A DNA stretch of 64,000 bases, taken from positions 1,488,001 to 1,552,000 of the forward strand of contig NC_079238.1 in assembly GCF_027921745.1 (NCBI RefSeq), written 5' to 3'. A program made the translations under genes and the position numbers. A model generated the notes under the pieces. That model had not been told where the DNA came from, made no database searches, and was given only the letters and a program-made list of their open reading frames with translations. Positions 51,217 through 63,060 of the stretch are shown in pieces (the first letter of the stretch is position 1; each line of letters opens with the position of its first letter). The DNA is from Schizosaccharomyces osmophilus. Lineage: Eukaryota.

Positions 51217-54200
51217 TTAAAATAATTTATGGTAAAATCCAGGACTTAGGAAAAGACCATCCTTCTCAATGGCGGCATCAGCCATCAAAAAGTACTCTAT
51301 TACTTCTCGTAACTCATTATTATCCAGTCCCGGACTCAATAGTCTTCCAAGCTCGTTTCGCGCTATTCCTGGTCTCCTAAGCAATTGATAAACAATGGCC
51401 TGTTTTATTTCCAACCAAATCCGATCAATAATACCTCTATTACCATCGAGCCATAACCGAGGTTCATTATTAGGTGGAGGTACTAACTTTGAAGAGTCAA
51501 TAGGTTCAATAGAATCATCACCTTTCTTGCTAAGTATTAAATCCATTTTTATATTTTCATGCTCCAGTAGACGGGTTCGATACCCCTCAGCTAGACCATA
51601 CTCGTTGAACTTACTGTTAATTATTGAAGTTTCAACTTTTCCACGACAGAACAGATCCAAAACACATGCCATGGTACCACTGTTGCAAGTTTCTTGTATC
51701 ATATGGCTTTTACCTTCTCGGAAACCCTCCGCCAAAAAGGAATAAAATCTAGAAGCCTGAAGCAACAAAAAAGGAGGAAATGAGGATTTTAGTGAGTTAG
51801 CAAATTTATCTGTAAAGTGATAATTTCTTCCTGGTTGCACCCGATTTGACTCTGAGTGCACTCGTGCTATTATATCTTTTCGTATCAGATCATCGTGAGC
51901 AGAGAGCAAGGCTCCTTCAGGAAATTTAAGTAATCGTGATTGTGCGAATTGGGAATCGTAATCTGAATCGGGAATTGCTAAAATACTCTTAATAGTGGAC
52001 TTGGCTTCAAGGGTAGTAAGCTCAACTTTCTTGTCTTCTTCTTCTTTATTACCTTCCTCATGAACAGACTTAATGAACGGTATGTCTGAATAAATATTCA
52101 TTCTTGCCATGGCAGAAAGAGAAGAATCAAATAATAAATCTTTAGGATCCTTCCCATCTTTCACCATTTCAACGTCATATTTTTCATATAGTTGTTCTAA
52201 GCTACTGGGAAGATTTGAAGAAGAAATATCTGAAGAGCTTATAATATATGGTCGGTACGATGCTTTAACGGAGGGCATAGGGTCAAAATCATCAACATTT
52301 TCTGGATACGATGTGAGATCCCCACGAGTGACAGCATCCTGGTACATTCGCGTCCAATTAGCCAAAAGGAATTGCTGGAGACTTTTATATTTTGTATGTT
52401 GTCGGATTGAAATATACCTTCGACTCAAAGAGGTAATGTCACGACTTGGCAAACATTTCTGAACGGCTTCCCACTTTATATTGCGATGAACGCCTCCGTA
52501 TTGTACCTGAATAATAACCACTGCTCTAATTAAAGTATCATCTTCTTCAGCAGTAAAGTCACTTTTAAGTCTTTTTACTGATCGCTTACTAGAATGTATA
52601 GCACTAGGGTAGTAATCAAGTTCGGGTATAGGTGCATAACGATCCTTTCTTAGTTTAGTAGATGATTTACTGAGTGGTTGTGATTCCAATGTATTATCTT
52701 CAGTTATGCCGGGTTGAGTTAAAGTTGGTGCCAGCGATTCAAGAAGTTTTTGTGCCAATTCCATCGGATCTTCTTTTTCTTTTTGCTTCTTTAAGTTCTT
52801 TTCAAAAGCTCGAGATTCTCTACGGGTTTTTACTTCTTCCACCGGCAAGGCTTGTTTTCGCCTTTTACTTCTGGGTTTATCAGGAATATCAATTTCAACA
52901 CCTCTTAGTATTTCTTTGTCATTTCGAAATTCGGATTCGTTGCTCATCATCTGATGCTTAATATCATAAAGTCGAGGATCTTCAGACTTCATAGTATATT
53001 TTGCAATAATGTCCTTCCGTACTAACTTACCGAAACCATTTTCAAAAGCCAAAACAACCTTACGTACCTTTTTCTCATGTAGCAATTTATCAAGGGTTTG
53101 ACGGAACGTTCTGCGATCCATGACGGTTCTAACAGAATTGGGATCTCGTCGTACCTTTAGATCCGCCAAGTCTTCATACATTTTCTTCGAAATCTCAAAA
53201 GCTCCGTTTTTCTCCTCCAAGTAAGTCATAATTAATGACTTCCTTTGTAGCATGACAAAATCTACAACCTGTCGAGGACGTTTGGAAGCAAGTACTGAAG
53301 AGCCTTCTGAGATAGAAGTATCGGAAGAACCAGGTAAAATTTGAGGTAAATTCAGATCAATACTGCTAAAAGGAGTAAATGGTACATCAAGCGCAGATGT
53401 TTCGGGTTTTGGAGGAGGAGGAGATTCTTTCAAGGTATCTTGTCTCTGATTTTTAACAGACAAGTCATATAAAGAATCAAGGTCACTTGGTCTCGACGCT
53501 AGAGTAGTATTGTCATTGACATCCACACTGGCTTCAGCATTTAAACCACTTGCATCAGAATTAAACATTAGTGATGGCTGGGTGGAAGATGTATTTTGAG
53601 AAGAGGATAAATCGGGTTGGCTTGCAGGAACTACTGGTGAGGACATGGACATAGAAAAAGAATTTTCTTGTTTAACTGGTGAGGATATGGAAGAAACATT
53701 TTTCGGCGTACCTTTCTTAGGACGACCTCTCTTTTTTGGCAAGACCGTCATACCGTCAGGTGAATAAATAGCGGAACTGTTATCTGGAGACAGAGCATTA
53801 ACGTCAGTGAATAGGGAAGGATTATATGGAGGAAACTCGCCAGCAGTGGGCTGAACATTACGGGTTAATCTTGTTATTTCTTCAACGGATAAACCATCTC
53901 GCAGCAACCGTTGGATTTGGTTTTGCAAAGTGAAGTAGCGATATTGTCTGGATTTGTTTGTCTTATCTTCAATTCTAGTAAGGACTAAATGAGACAGGTA
54001 GTCAGGAACAGAGGACTTATTCTCAACAAGAGAACCCAGGACTTTAAACAAAGGTTTATTAAACTTCAGTCCTGTTAATTTCTGAAGAATCCGTAAAGTT
54101 ATCAACCCATCCAAACCAGAATTCCTAACAGCGACATAGCATTGGAACTCCAAAGGATTAAATCGAGACCATTGAGGCACCATTAGTGATTCGTCTTCAA

Positions 54201-55191
54201 GCGGCTGAAGGAAAGAAGAGTCAAACTCTCCTTTAATGGGATATTGGGACTCGTCATCTTCCAAATCTTCTTCTTCTGCATTATCATCCGCGTCTGACAA
54301 GTCTATATCCTGGTTGGAATTTTCAGAAATAGGTATAGGAAAAGGTTTTAAGAATTGCAAACAGCGAATATAACGATCAGGGGCATTTGGGAGGAAAGTA
54401 AGGCATTTTCGGATATAGCCATTGTTGTGCAAAAAACTAGTTTGTCGGGAAAAATACCTTCGTTCCCATTTATTTTGGTTTAAACCTACCTTCGTTCGGG
54501 CATCAACATGGCGACAAACACCATTTTTAAACTCCTGAACTACAGAGCAAATCTGATGTCGAATTTTATCAGTATTGTAAATTTGGCCTCCAGACACTTG
54601 TGCAACGGATTCATTCATGGTACTATTCTCAGACTCAAACCGCTTTAACACCAACAAAGCGGTCTGGGCCTTGGAGCGGCTGATAGATACCTTTGAAATT
54701 AAAGAAGCATCTTCGAGAGCTTGTATTCTGCCAAATACACTTCTAGGTTCTTGCTTTGTTTCTTTGCACAGCTGAATGCGGTCTATACCCTCATGGCGAT
54801 ATCTTGAAATACAAGAAAGCAGCTCAAAAGCAAGAGGTTGTATTTTAGAGTCCGCTTTTGTTTTATAGGTAAGATTAATCCATTGACGATCCGCTGAAGC
54901 GAATAACCTCAGCTGGGTCCGTACAAAGGGACTAATATCTTGGTAATTCCAAGGAATTGAATCTATTATTTGATGTCTCTCGGCGGAATTCACATCCTCA
55001 ACCCAAAGTTCAATTCCTTCTTCCTGTAGTAGCAAAGGCCAAATGAACCCCTTATAGTCGTCGTCCAAGTTCTGCACAATTCCTTGGCGAAAATAAAAGT
55101 TTTCTGCAAACGACCAAAGACGGTCTATATCACAACCAGAGCTTCCATCTAATGCTATTTCTTCGGAGCAATACCGAATTAGAGAGTCCAT
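51217..55191 (-). CDS. sfc3: TFIIIC B-box-binding subunit Sfc3 (Tfc3/GTF3C1)
   Basis: MDSLIRYCSEEIALDGSSGC N-terminus, B-block domain (FELLSCISRYRHEGI...QEPRSVFGR), AT-hook KKRGRPKK; 1324 aa. Confidence 0.95.
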   Translation of the reverse strand: MDSLIRYCSEEIALDGSSGCDIDRLWSFAENFYFRQGIVQNLDDDYKGFIWPLLLQEEGIELWVEDVNSAERHQIIDSIPWNYQDISPFVRTQLRLFASADRQWINLTYKTKADSKIQPLAFELLSCISRYRHEGIDRIQLCKETKQEPRSVFGRIQALEDASLISKVSISRSKAQTALLVLKRFESENSTMNESVAQVSGGQIYNTDKIRHQICSVVQEFKNGVCRHVDARTKVGLNQNKWERRYFSRQTSFLHNNGYIRKCLTFLPNAPDRYIRCLQFLKPFPIPISENSNQDIDLSDADDNAEEEDLEDDESQYPIKGEFDSSFLQPLEDESLMVPQWSRFNPLEFQCYVAVRNSGLDGLITLRILQKLTGLKFNKPLFKVLGSLVENKSSVPDYLSHLVLTRIEDKTNKSRQYRYFTLQNQIQRLLRDGLSVEEITRLTRNVQPTAGEFPPYNPSLFTDVNALSPDNSSAIYSPDGMTVLPKKRGRPKKGTPKNVSSISSPVKQENSFSMSMSSPVVPASQPDLSSSQNTSSTQPSLMFNSDASGLNAEASVDVNDNTTLASRPSDLDSLYDLSVKNQRQDTLKESPPPPKPETSALDVPFTPFSSIDLNLPQILPGSSDTSISEGSSVLASKRPRQVVDFVMLQRKSLIMTYLEEKNGAFEISKKMYEDLADLKVRRDPNSVRTVMDRRTFRQTLDKLLHEKKVRKVVLAFENGFGKLVRKDIIAKYTMKSEDPRLYDIKHQMMSNESEFRNDKEILRGVEIDIPDKPRSKRRKQALPVEEVKTRRESRAFEKNLKKQKEKEDPMELAQKLLESLAPTLTQPGITEDNTLESQPLSKSSTKLRKDRYAPIPELDYYPSAIHSSKRSVKRLKSDFTAEEDDTLIRAVVIIQVQYGGVHRNIKWEAVQKCLPSRDITSLSRRYISIRQHTKYKSLQQFLLANWTRMYQDAVTRGDLTSYPENVDDFDPMPSVKASYRPYIISSSDISSSNLPSSLEQLYEKYDVEMVKDGKDPKDLLFDSSLSAMARMNIYSDIPFIKSVHEEGNKEEEDKKVELTTLEAKSTIKSILAIPDSDYDSQFAQSRLLKFPEGALLSAHDDLIRKDIIARVHSESNRVQPGRNYHFTDKFANSLKSSFPPFLLLQASRFYSFLAEGFREGKSHMIQETCNSGTMACVLDLFCRGKVETSIINSKFNEYGLAEGYRTRLLEHENIKMDLILSKKGDDSIEPIDSSKLVPPPNNEPRLWLDGNRGIIDRIWLEIKQAIVYQLLRRPGIARNELGRLLSPGLDNNELREVIEYFLMADAAIEKDGLFLSPGFYHKLF

Positions 55192-55197
55192 CTCGAT

Positions 55198-55208
55198 GAC
55201 TCGAACTC
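55198..55208 (-). promoter_or_regulatory. Isolated Pol III B-box (candidate extra-TFIIIC/COC site)
   Basis: Minus strand GAGTTCGAGTC matches GTTCRANNC; 6 nt separate it from the sfc3 ATG; no tRNA body around it. Confidence 0.65.
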
Positions 55209-55955
55209 TGGTTTATAAGTTGTGGTAAAATTACTCGTGGACCGAGTGGTTTCTTGGATATGTTATAATACGTTCTGATGTCTTAGGCCTTGTAACGTAA
55301 CTACGTTGTAGTATACTACAACTGTTAAGACATCGTTATCGTGTATAAGGAGGCTTACTTCTTAGATGAAAGAAGCCTAAAGGATCGAAAGGGTGCTGCG
55401 TCGTTTACCTCAAGTTTCATCTTGGCACGTTACCTACAGGTAACATATTGTATCATCCTAATATGATACAAAAGAAATAAGTGAACAGAAAATTCCAAAA
55501 AAACTGTGAATACAATTTTTAAATCAGATTTAATACAACTGCAACAAAGAAGATACGGAATGGTACTTAAGTGAAGGTTTTTTAAAAGTCTGATGCGACC
55601 ATTCAGTGCCAACATATACACATAAGTAAACAACATCAGCAATTATGGGCAAGTAGTTTCTAATATTCGTAAAAGTCAAGAATCAATTAGGCAAGCATAC
55701 CCTGTGAAGCAACCAAAGCGGTTCGTCTTCCATTCTATGAGCGCGTCACCATCGAACAGATCTTCTAAGTTTAAGCAAACGTGGTATAAACATGAAGCAA
55801 GGAAAAAAGAGAAATTACAAAAGCAATGATTGGATTCTGGAATATTACCGGGAGAACGACCAAGGGTTTACAAAGAATATGAGATCACAACTTAAACCGT
55901 ATATTACCACGATAGGGACACCATAAACCGATAAATTAAATATAAAACATAAGAA

Positions 55956-56651
55956 CTAGTTAAAAATTAGATGAAGAATAGAAATTGAGGATGTGGGAGA
56001 ATTTGTTAAACGACGAAGAAGCAGGAATGCCTGACGGATGCAATTCATTATCCAGTTTGAGGAAGACGACCTCATAAAGTAGCAGGCAGCTAGAAACACG
56101 ATAGAATTCTTTAAGAGAAGCTAGTAGAGTTAGTATTTATTCTTGTCACGAAGGCTTTATCATACCTTTAGACAATATAGGAAGGGTCGAATAAAAGAAG
56201 TCAGACTCTTCTTAAAGGATAACGCACTCACTTTAGAATTATTTCTATAATATAATAGAAGCAACTTTTCTGTTAGAGCGGTCAATTCTAAGTTGACTTT
56301 TTCCAATGAAGTTTGCATGGCAGTAAGCCTTGCTTGCTGTTGCTGAAGAAGCGATGCTTGAATTTCGAAGTCGCGAGCACGTATAGCAAACAGTGGTAGG
56401 CTCTCAGCAGCCTTTTGAGGAACGTCAATCTTGCCTACAGGATAGGAGATATGTTCCGCAAATACTGGTGATAATTCACAAATATGTGTTTTTTCTTCCA
56501 CGTCTGATGATATTTTGCATGGCAAATTAGGATCTTCTTTCATATCAATGTGCCCTTTAGACATAAGTTTCCAAAGCTCTTCTTTGCTTATAAAGGAAAG
56601 TCTTTGTACCGTCATTTCCTTCTCTGACACAGGAATTTTGTTGTCAGTCAT
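55956..56651 (-). CDS. Uncharacterised lineage-specific protein, 194 aa (probable SPBC1703.09 orthologue); intron 56121-56231
   Basis: 140-codon exon 1 ends at GTGAGT; CTAAC...TAG acceptor; in-frame exon 2 LLLKNSIVFLAACYFMRSS...LHLIFN*. Confidence 0.75.
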
Positions 56652-57088
56652 TATTATTAAAAAGAATCATAACTCTCTTTTTCTGTTCTTGTATTATCTT
56701 AGTATGTATGCTCTGTTCTTCAATTTTCCTAAATACAGCGGTCGAAAGAAGTAAAGCAGATACAGGGAACGTGAGTCTGAACGAAGCATTTTAATACCGT
56801 TATACTTATTTCCTTCCAGCGGCTTCAGCCCTTTTTTATTTTTACTTTTGCATAAGATATTAAAGTCATTATACGCGTTCTCGCAATCTAACTCTCAAGT
56901 GCGTTTACCGGCGCGCGAAATTGTATAGAAAGCACATCTCACCCAGTTGCGTCGGTACAATTCATTGCAGTTAATTTTAAGCAATACAGTATATTCTGAA
57001 TTACTACTGTCTTCAAAATTGGCTTGACTTCCTATTCTATGGTGGATTTTGACCTTTCCATATATAATAAATAGACTAAGCATTCAAC

Positions 57089-57937
57089 ATGACTCATCTC
57101 TCTAAGAAAAAGATCCGGTCGTTAATGTCGAAAGTATTGTCTGAATTGAGTGACCAACTGGTTGAAGCTGAATGTAAACAAAACCCATAATTGATGCCGA
57201 ATGTTAACTGACACAAGCTAGCTAGTTCTGTTTGTGAGAAAGTTCTAAGTCTCCCTGAGTGGAGAAAGTGTAAAAATGTCTGCCTCTATATGAGCTTGCC
57301 CCAAATGGAAATACGCACTCACGAACTTGTTCACCAAGCTTTGAAACAAGGTTTGTACCATTCTACTTTGTTAGACACATTACTTACTCCATAGGAAAAA
57401 ATGTTTTTCTACCGAAATGCGAAGGACGCCATACAATGTCAATGTATCAAGTATATAATACTAATCATTTGATCAAAAATAAATGGCAGATCCCTGAACC
57501 AGATGGATTGTCTCCAAAAGGTTTGTATATAAACTGACTTCTGATCGTTAACAGAATCGAACAGTTATGGACGATGAGATTTATTGTGATCTAATCATAA
57601 TGCCCGGTGTAGCCTTCGATTCTAACTTAGCACGGCTTGGTCATGGCAGAGGTTATTATGATGACTTTATTCATCGTTACAAAGCCTGGTGTTCTCAAAA
57701 AAGCTCCAGGTGTGACATTTATAAAGGTATGGCAAGCTTCCTTGAAATCATTTATCCTAACTTAATCAATTCTCAGTTGGAATTTGTTTATCGAAACAAG
57801 TTATTCCAAATAACGAAATTCCCATGAACCCTTTAGACGAGTTTCTCGACTCGCTTATTACACCACAAAACATTTACCAAAGGCATTATAATGCGCAGGG
57901 AAAAACATTTACTAAACTCCAAAATATAGAAATCTAA
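57089..57937 (+). CDS. fau1: 5-formyltetrahydrofolate cyclo-ligase, 4 introns
   Basis: KKKIR N-terminus, VCLYMSL, VFLPKC, WQIPEP and [11 protein letters not shown]...[10 protein letters not shown]. Confidence 0.93.
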
Positions 57938-58105
57938 ACCAGCTTTAAATTAAAGTGATGTACTCATAGATATTATTCATTTCAATTCTATTTTTTAAAA
58001 AAAAAGATGTAGTGAAAAGACTTAAAAACGTAGCAAAGAAGTGTAAGAAGATTTGAAACCATAAACCAAAAAATAGTAAAGATATGACAAAATTGTTGAT
58101 CAACT

Positions 58106-60158
58106 TTAAGAAAGATACAAAAAATCGTCCCAGGGATGGCGATATAAAGGTGCTCTTAAGCGCTTCTGGTCCAAGTGATGACCAATAAGACCTATACTGC
58201 GTCCAAGAACAAACATGCCGTTCAAAATACCCAATTTGATGTATTCATTTGCCTCTTCCAAGGTGAACTCACCACAGTTACGGAGTAAATCGACAAAACA
58301 AATTGCAATACAACCGTCGACGTTCAAAATTAAATTATCCTTCTTCGAAGTAGTGACATTTTCAACTGCCAAAGCGTAGTCTAAAAGTTTGGTAGAAGGG
58401 AAGTGTTTTTTGACGTACTGCTTTACCAATTCAACACGAAGGTCTGGGTTGTTTCTACTCTTAATTCTGTGGCCAATACCAGGAATAAGTTTGTTAGCTT
58501 TTCTGCAGCTATCAACGAAGGCACGAGGAGATAGGCCGGAATCGAATGCTTTTGAAAATTCTTGTGCAGCACCATCCAAAGCACCACCAAAACGGGTACC
58601 AATGGTAAGTAAACCAGAAACTAAAGAAGAAATTAAATCTTTACCAGCTCTTGTGGTTATGATGGTGTTCATGGCACCAGAGACACAAGGACCATGATCG
58701 GCTGTGAGTTGAAGGATCATTTCTAAGAACTTGGTAGCATAGGATGGAAGACGACGGCGGAACCATAACAAAGAAATAACACCTCCAATTCCAAGATCAT
58801 CTTCAAATACTTTGCTGATAGGAACGTTACTGTATGTTAATTCGGGACCACGGTCGTTTGAGATAGAGCAAATAAAGGAAGAAGGTTTACGGACCATACT
58901 TAACTCCTTCGCCCAGGCATAGTCCAATGGAATATTGGGAGGGGTTTGGTCAGGTTTGGGAACAATGACGCCCTTTTTGACAAGTTCTTCATAAACGCCA
59001 TGTAATACAGCTGGAAGATTTTCAAAAGTATCGGGAACGAATATGCCAGCATTTCTCATAGCCTTATTTTTAGCTACTGCGGTTTCCATTTCAGAGTTCG
59101 CAAAAGAACCAGCATGACCAAACTGAACCTCAGTCTTGAACATACTAGAGCAGGTACCAATAGCCCATGCGACGATGGGCTTTTTGATAGTACCATTCTT
59201 AATGGCTTCAATAACTCGATATTCTTCAACACCACCAACTTCTCCGAGTAGAACCATCAATTTGCAATCAGGATCGGCTTCAAAGCGGAAAAGATGATCA
59301 ATGAAAGTTGTACCGGGATAGCGATCACCACCGATAGCAATACCTTCATACACACCATCAGTGTTATTGGAGATGATGTTGTTTAATTCGTTAGACATAC
59401 CACCTGACTTGGAAACATAAGCAACAGAGCCGGGACGATAAAGCTTCGATGCGACAATGTTGTCCATCATACCTCCCGTGTTACCAATTTTGAAACAACC
59501 TGGTTTAATACCACCAACAGTCGCAGGTCCAATAATAACAACATTCTTTTCTCTTGACTTGACTAGAATCTCACGAGCGCGACGCTCGGGGACACCTTCG
59601 GCGATAATAGCAATGCAACGGATTTGGGGGTAATCCATCAGCTCCATCGTAGAGGGGAAGGCACTACGACTGGAAGCAAAATTAACAACGACGTCGACAT
59701 CAGGATGTTTATTACAAGCCTAAATACTCTGTTAGGTAACCTGAACGCTTAAACCATTTTGATAGCTAACGTCAATCCATTCTGTAAATCAACCAGTGAA
59801 TCTCCGATCAACTCATAGGTCCTCTGGAAATTCTCGAGTTGCCTCTTCGTGTGGCTTGACGCTTGCATACATACTTCTTCCACCGAACGGTATACTGGTA
59901 GGAGAATCTCCTTGGTTCCCCAGTACATCTTGGTGATACTTTGGCCACCTAAACCAAGTATTAATATGGAAACAAGATTAAAAATAAATAAATACCAAAA
60001 GTGTAAATTATGGCGGCGACAGAGGGTACTTTTCGACCACACATATAATCAAAATCGAGCATTCCTTGGACGGCCTTTGTTTGCATTCCGTAAACAAAGG
60101 CCCTTGTCTCCTTTGAGAAAAGCTCATATGCAGGCTTTTGTGCCATTCTTGAGGTCAT
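58106..60158 (-). CDS. acl1: ATP-citrate lyase subunit 1; 2 introns (about 59949-59995 and 59720-59874)
   Basis: [23 protein letters not shown], phospho-His motif [15 protein letters not shown] and [10 protein letters not shown]. Confidence 0.97.
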
Positions 60159-60683
60159 TCTGTTTAACTTTCGTTTGAGAAAGGTAGAAGTTTCCAATTC
60201 ATAGATGTCTTACATACTCGTTTAGCAGCAAGCTTACGATGAAGCTAAACTTCAGATACGGAGACAAATCGCAGTACGCTGACAAGATCCTTACACATAT
60301 AAATAAGTATGTAAACAAAAGAAATCATCATAGAAAATTGGTTTTTTGGTATGACTCATGTAGTTGACTCAAAGCTTAGTTGATGAATACTAAAATTAGA
60401 TAATTTTGACGTTTAAGCTTGTCAATACAGGTTCAAACAAAATGTTCAATCTACGCAATTACAGAAGTTATTCGATGACTACCACAATTGATGACTTTTA
60501 ACAAGTTGAAACCATAAACTAACTTATAAACAAACCAAACCTTTTACCTTCGTGCCCATTTTTATAACCGCCATTATTTTTTCTAAAGCAAGGGATGTTT
60601 TGTCTTTTTTCTATTTCTGCTCAACTTTTAATATACAAAGAGACTAAATAAGAGACCATTATAGAATACTTACAGCGTCACTA

Positions 60684-62676
60684 CTAGTTACCTTCAAGCG
60701 AAAGCCTCATCGCAAGCTCAATTTGTTCTTCCTCTGTTAATTCGGTGATGCTAGAATCAGGAGTCATAGCCTCAGAAGGACCAGCTTCTGAGCTCGAAGG
60801 TAATGGAGCTTCTGGTTGTGGAACGGCTTCTTTCAACAAATCCTCTTCAGCAGCTGTCTCTTGCATTCGCTTCATTTCTTCTTCTTCTGACAGCATAGTA
60901 GCATAAGCCAACAGCTCCTCTTCGGACAGATCGGCTAAACCTTCGTTTAAATGTCTTGCTAATTTACGCTGCAGCTCTAATTTTTGTTGTTTCTCTTCTC
61001 TTTCTTCGGCGACCTGATTTATTCCAAGCACGATTTCTCTTTCGACTTCATTTTTTGTGTACTCTCCAACTCTTGAGGGACTGTCCCATGTAGTCATTGG
61101 TTTGGATGGAGCAACAATTCGAGATCTTTTGTTCATATGTACTTTAGAAACTACATATGACCATGCTTTAACATGCTTACCAAGACTTAAAACACCTTTT
61201 AGACTCAGAGGATTGGAATCCAACACTATGCATCGCGCTGCATCACGTCTAGCCGGGTTCCTAGCCCCAGACAAGTTCCGTAACAGATTTCCCGATATAA
61301 CATTGTAAATTGCACTGAATCCCGTTGAGGATCCGACCACCATAACAGCTTCATTGATATATAGATCGGAAATAGGAGAGCCGAGAAACACGGGAATTGT
61401 CATTAATACTGGATGCCTGAACTCTTTAAAACGACTATTGACAATATACGCATTGCCATTATCATCACCAACGGCTAACAACCGAGCATTATTTCCAAGA
61501 ATTGGCTTATTTATAAATCTTTCATTCGTATCTAAACACAAGCACACAGGGATTCCTTGAAGTTGAATTACCAAAGGCTCAACGAGGGAAGGATCAAAAT
61601 CCGAGCTTGTGGCTCTATTAAAAGAAAACCTTAATAAAGAATTCTTTGGTGCACCTAAAGAAACAAACACATAATTTGCAGGTTCATCCACTGCTAATAG
61701 ACACGGAGGTTCTTCGGCATCGCTTAAGACCCGCTTTCTACAAGCAAACAAAATCGGACGCACCTTTACTGACTGTAGCGGTCCATTGACAACATATAAC
61801 ATATAGGTACCGGTGGCATAATCGAAAGTATCGATAATTAAAAACTTGAACCGTGGTCGATAACAAATTGAAAGAATTTGAGATGTAGAGAAATTAAAGC
61901 TTCGCAAACAAACTCCCGTCCGAACATCCCAACAATTCACACTTCCGTCATCAGCTCCGGTTACCATACCTATTTCTCCTACTGGAGGAAGGTCGCCAGG
62001 ATAGACATCCATACACGTTATAGCATCATCATGAGAATCCATAAAAAATCGGAATTGACGCCCGTTTTCTGCTTGTCTAGTCATTATGATGGCACCAACA
62101 CGACCATCCACAAAACCAAATCCAAAAATTTGTTTATGTAATTTCATAATTGTAATGGTATGAATTAGAGATCCATCTGAGCTAGCATGCAATACAGACC
62201 TCTCCACTTTTCCAGTATTTGGATCAGAGACTGATATAGACCCTGTAAGCCGGTTACCAGCAAACAAACGTCCACTTAGAAAATCGTAATACAAATCAGT
62301 CAATTGCCCGACACGACAATCATACTGAACAGTTTGACCTTTTCCACGCTCATATGCTCTGGTAATAGCTGATCTCAATAAATACTCCTGTCTCCAAGTT
62401 CCATTGCCCAGAGGACTGAATTCATGAAAGTCATTGGCATCAAAATGATAGAAAAATGCAGTACGCCAACTTAAATCATCCGATAATAATCTATTCCAAA
62501 ATTTACAAGTGCATTGAACCGATAATAAGGAGCGCGGTTCAAGGAATGAAAAGACTATAATAAGGATTTCTATGTAAACGTTAGATATCACCCACACGCC
62601 TTCAAAGACACATACCTTTTGGTAAATTTTGTATGCCCAATCCTTTTATTTCATTTACACTTTGGACACTATTCAT
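60684..62676 (-). CDS. pof10: F-box/WD40 protein with C-terminal UIMs; intron 62570-62615
   Basis: Exon 1 MNSVQSVNEIKGLGIQNLPK splices to EILIIVFSFLEPRSLLSV (F-box); WD repeats; UIM-like LSEEELLAYATMLS and LTEEEQIELAMRLSL. Confidence 0.92.
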
Positions 62677-63060
62677 TCCTTTTGTGGTAATGAAATTAAC
62701 GAATTTTGCGTTTGGTGTTTGGCAAGTTCTTGATGGCAATGAAAAGCAATACTTCACTTGTACTTGAAGCTGCACTCTTTTGATGCCTTCAATTAATTAG
62801 AAAAATTAAGACTAATTTGAAACCGTAAGTGCGTCAAACGCTTTAAAAACTGTAAGTGATTTGCTACCGCTGACTTAACAATTTTTTAAAGTATGAATTA
62901 CAGGATTAAAAATATTAAGATAACTTAATATTATTATTGCTTAAAGTACATTTAAATACCAGTTCGATTTTTTTATATCCATTATTAACAATAACCAAAA
63001 CCTTCGCAAAAGCTCCCCTGAGATTTCCTTAGAATAAAAAACTAGTTATTACCAAAATCT

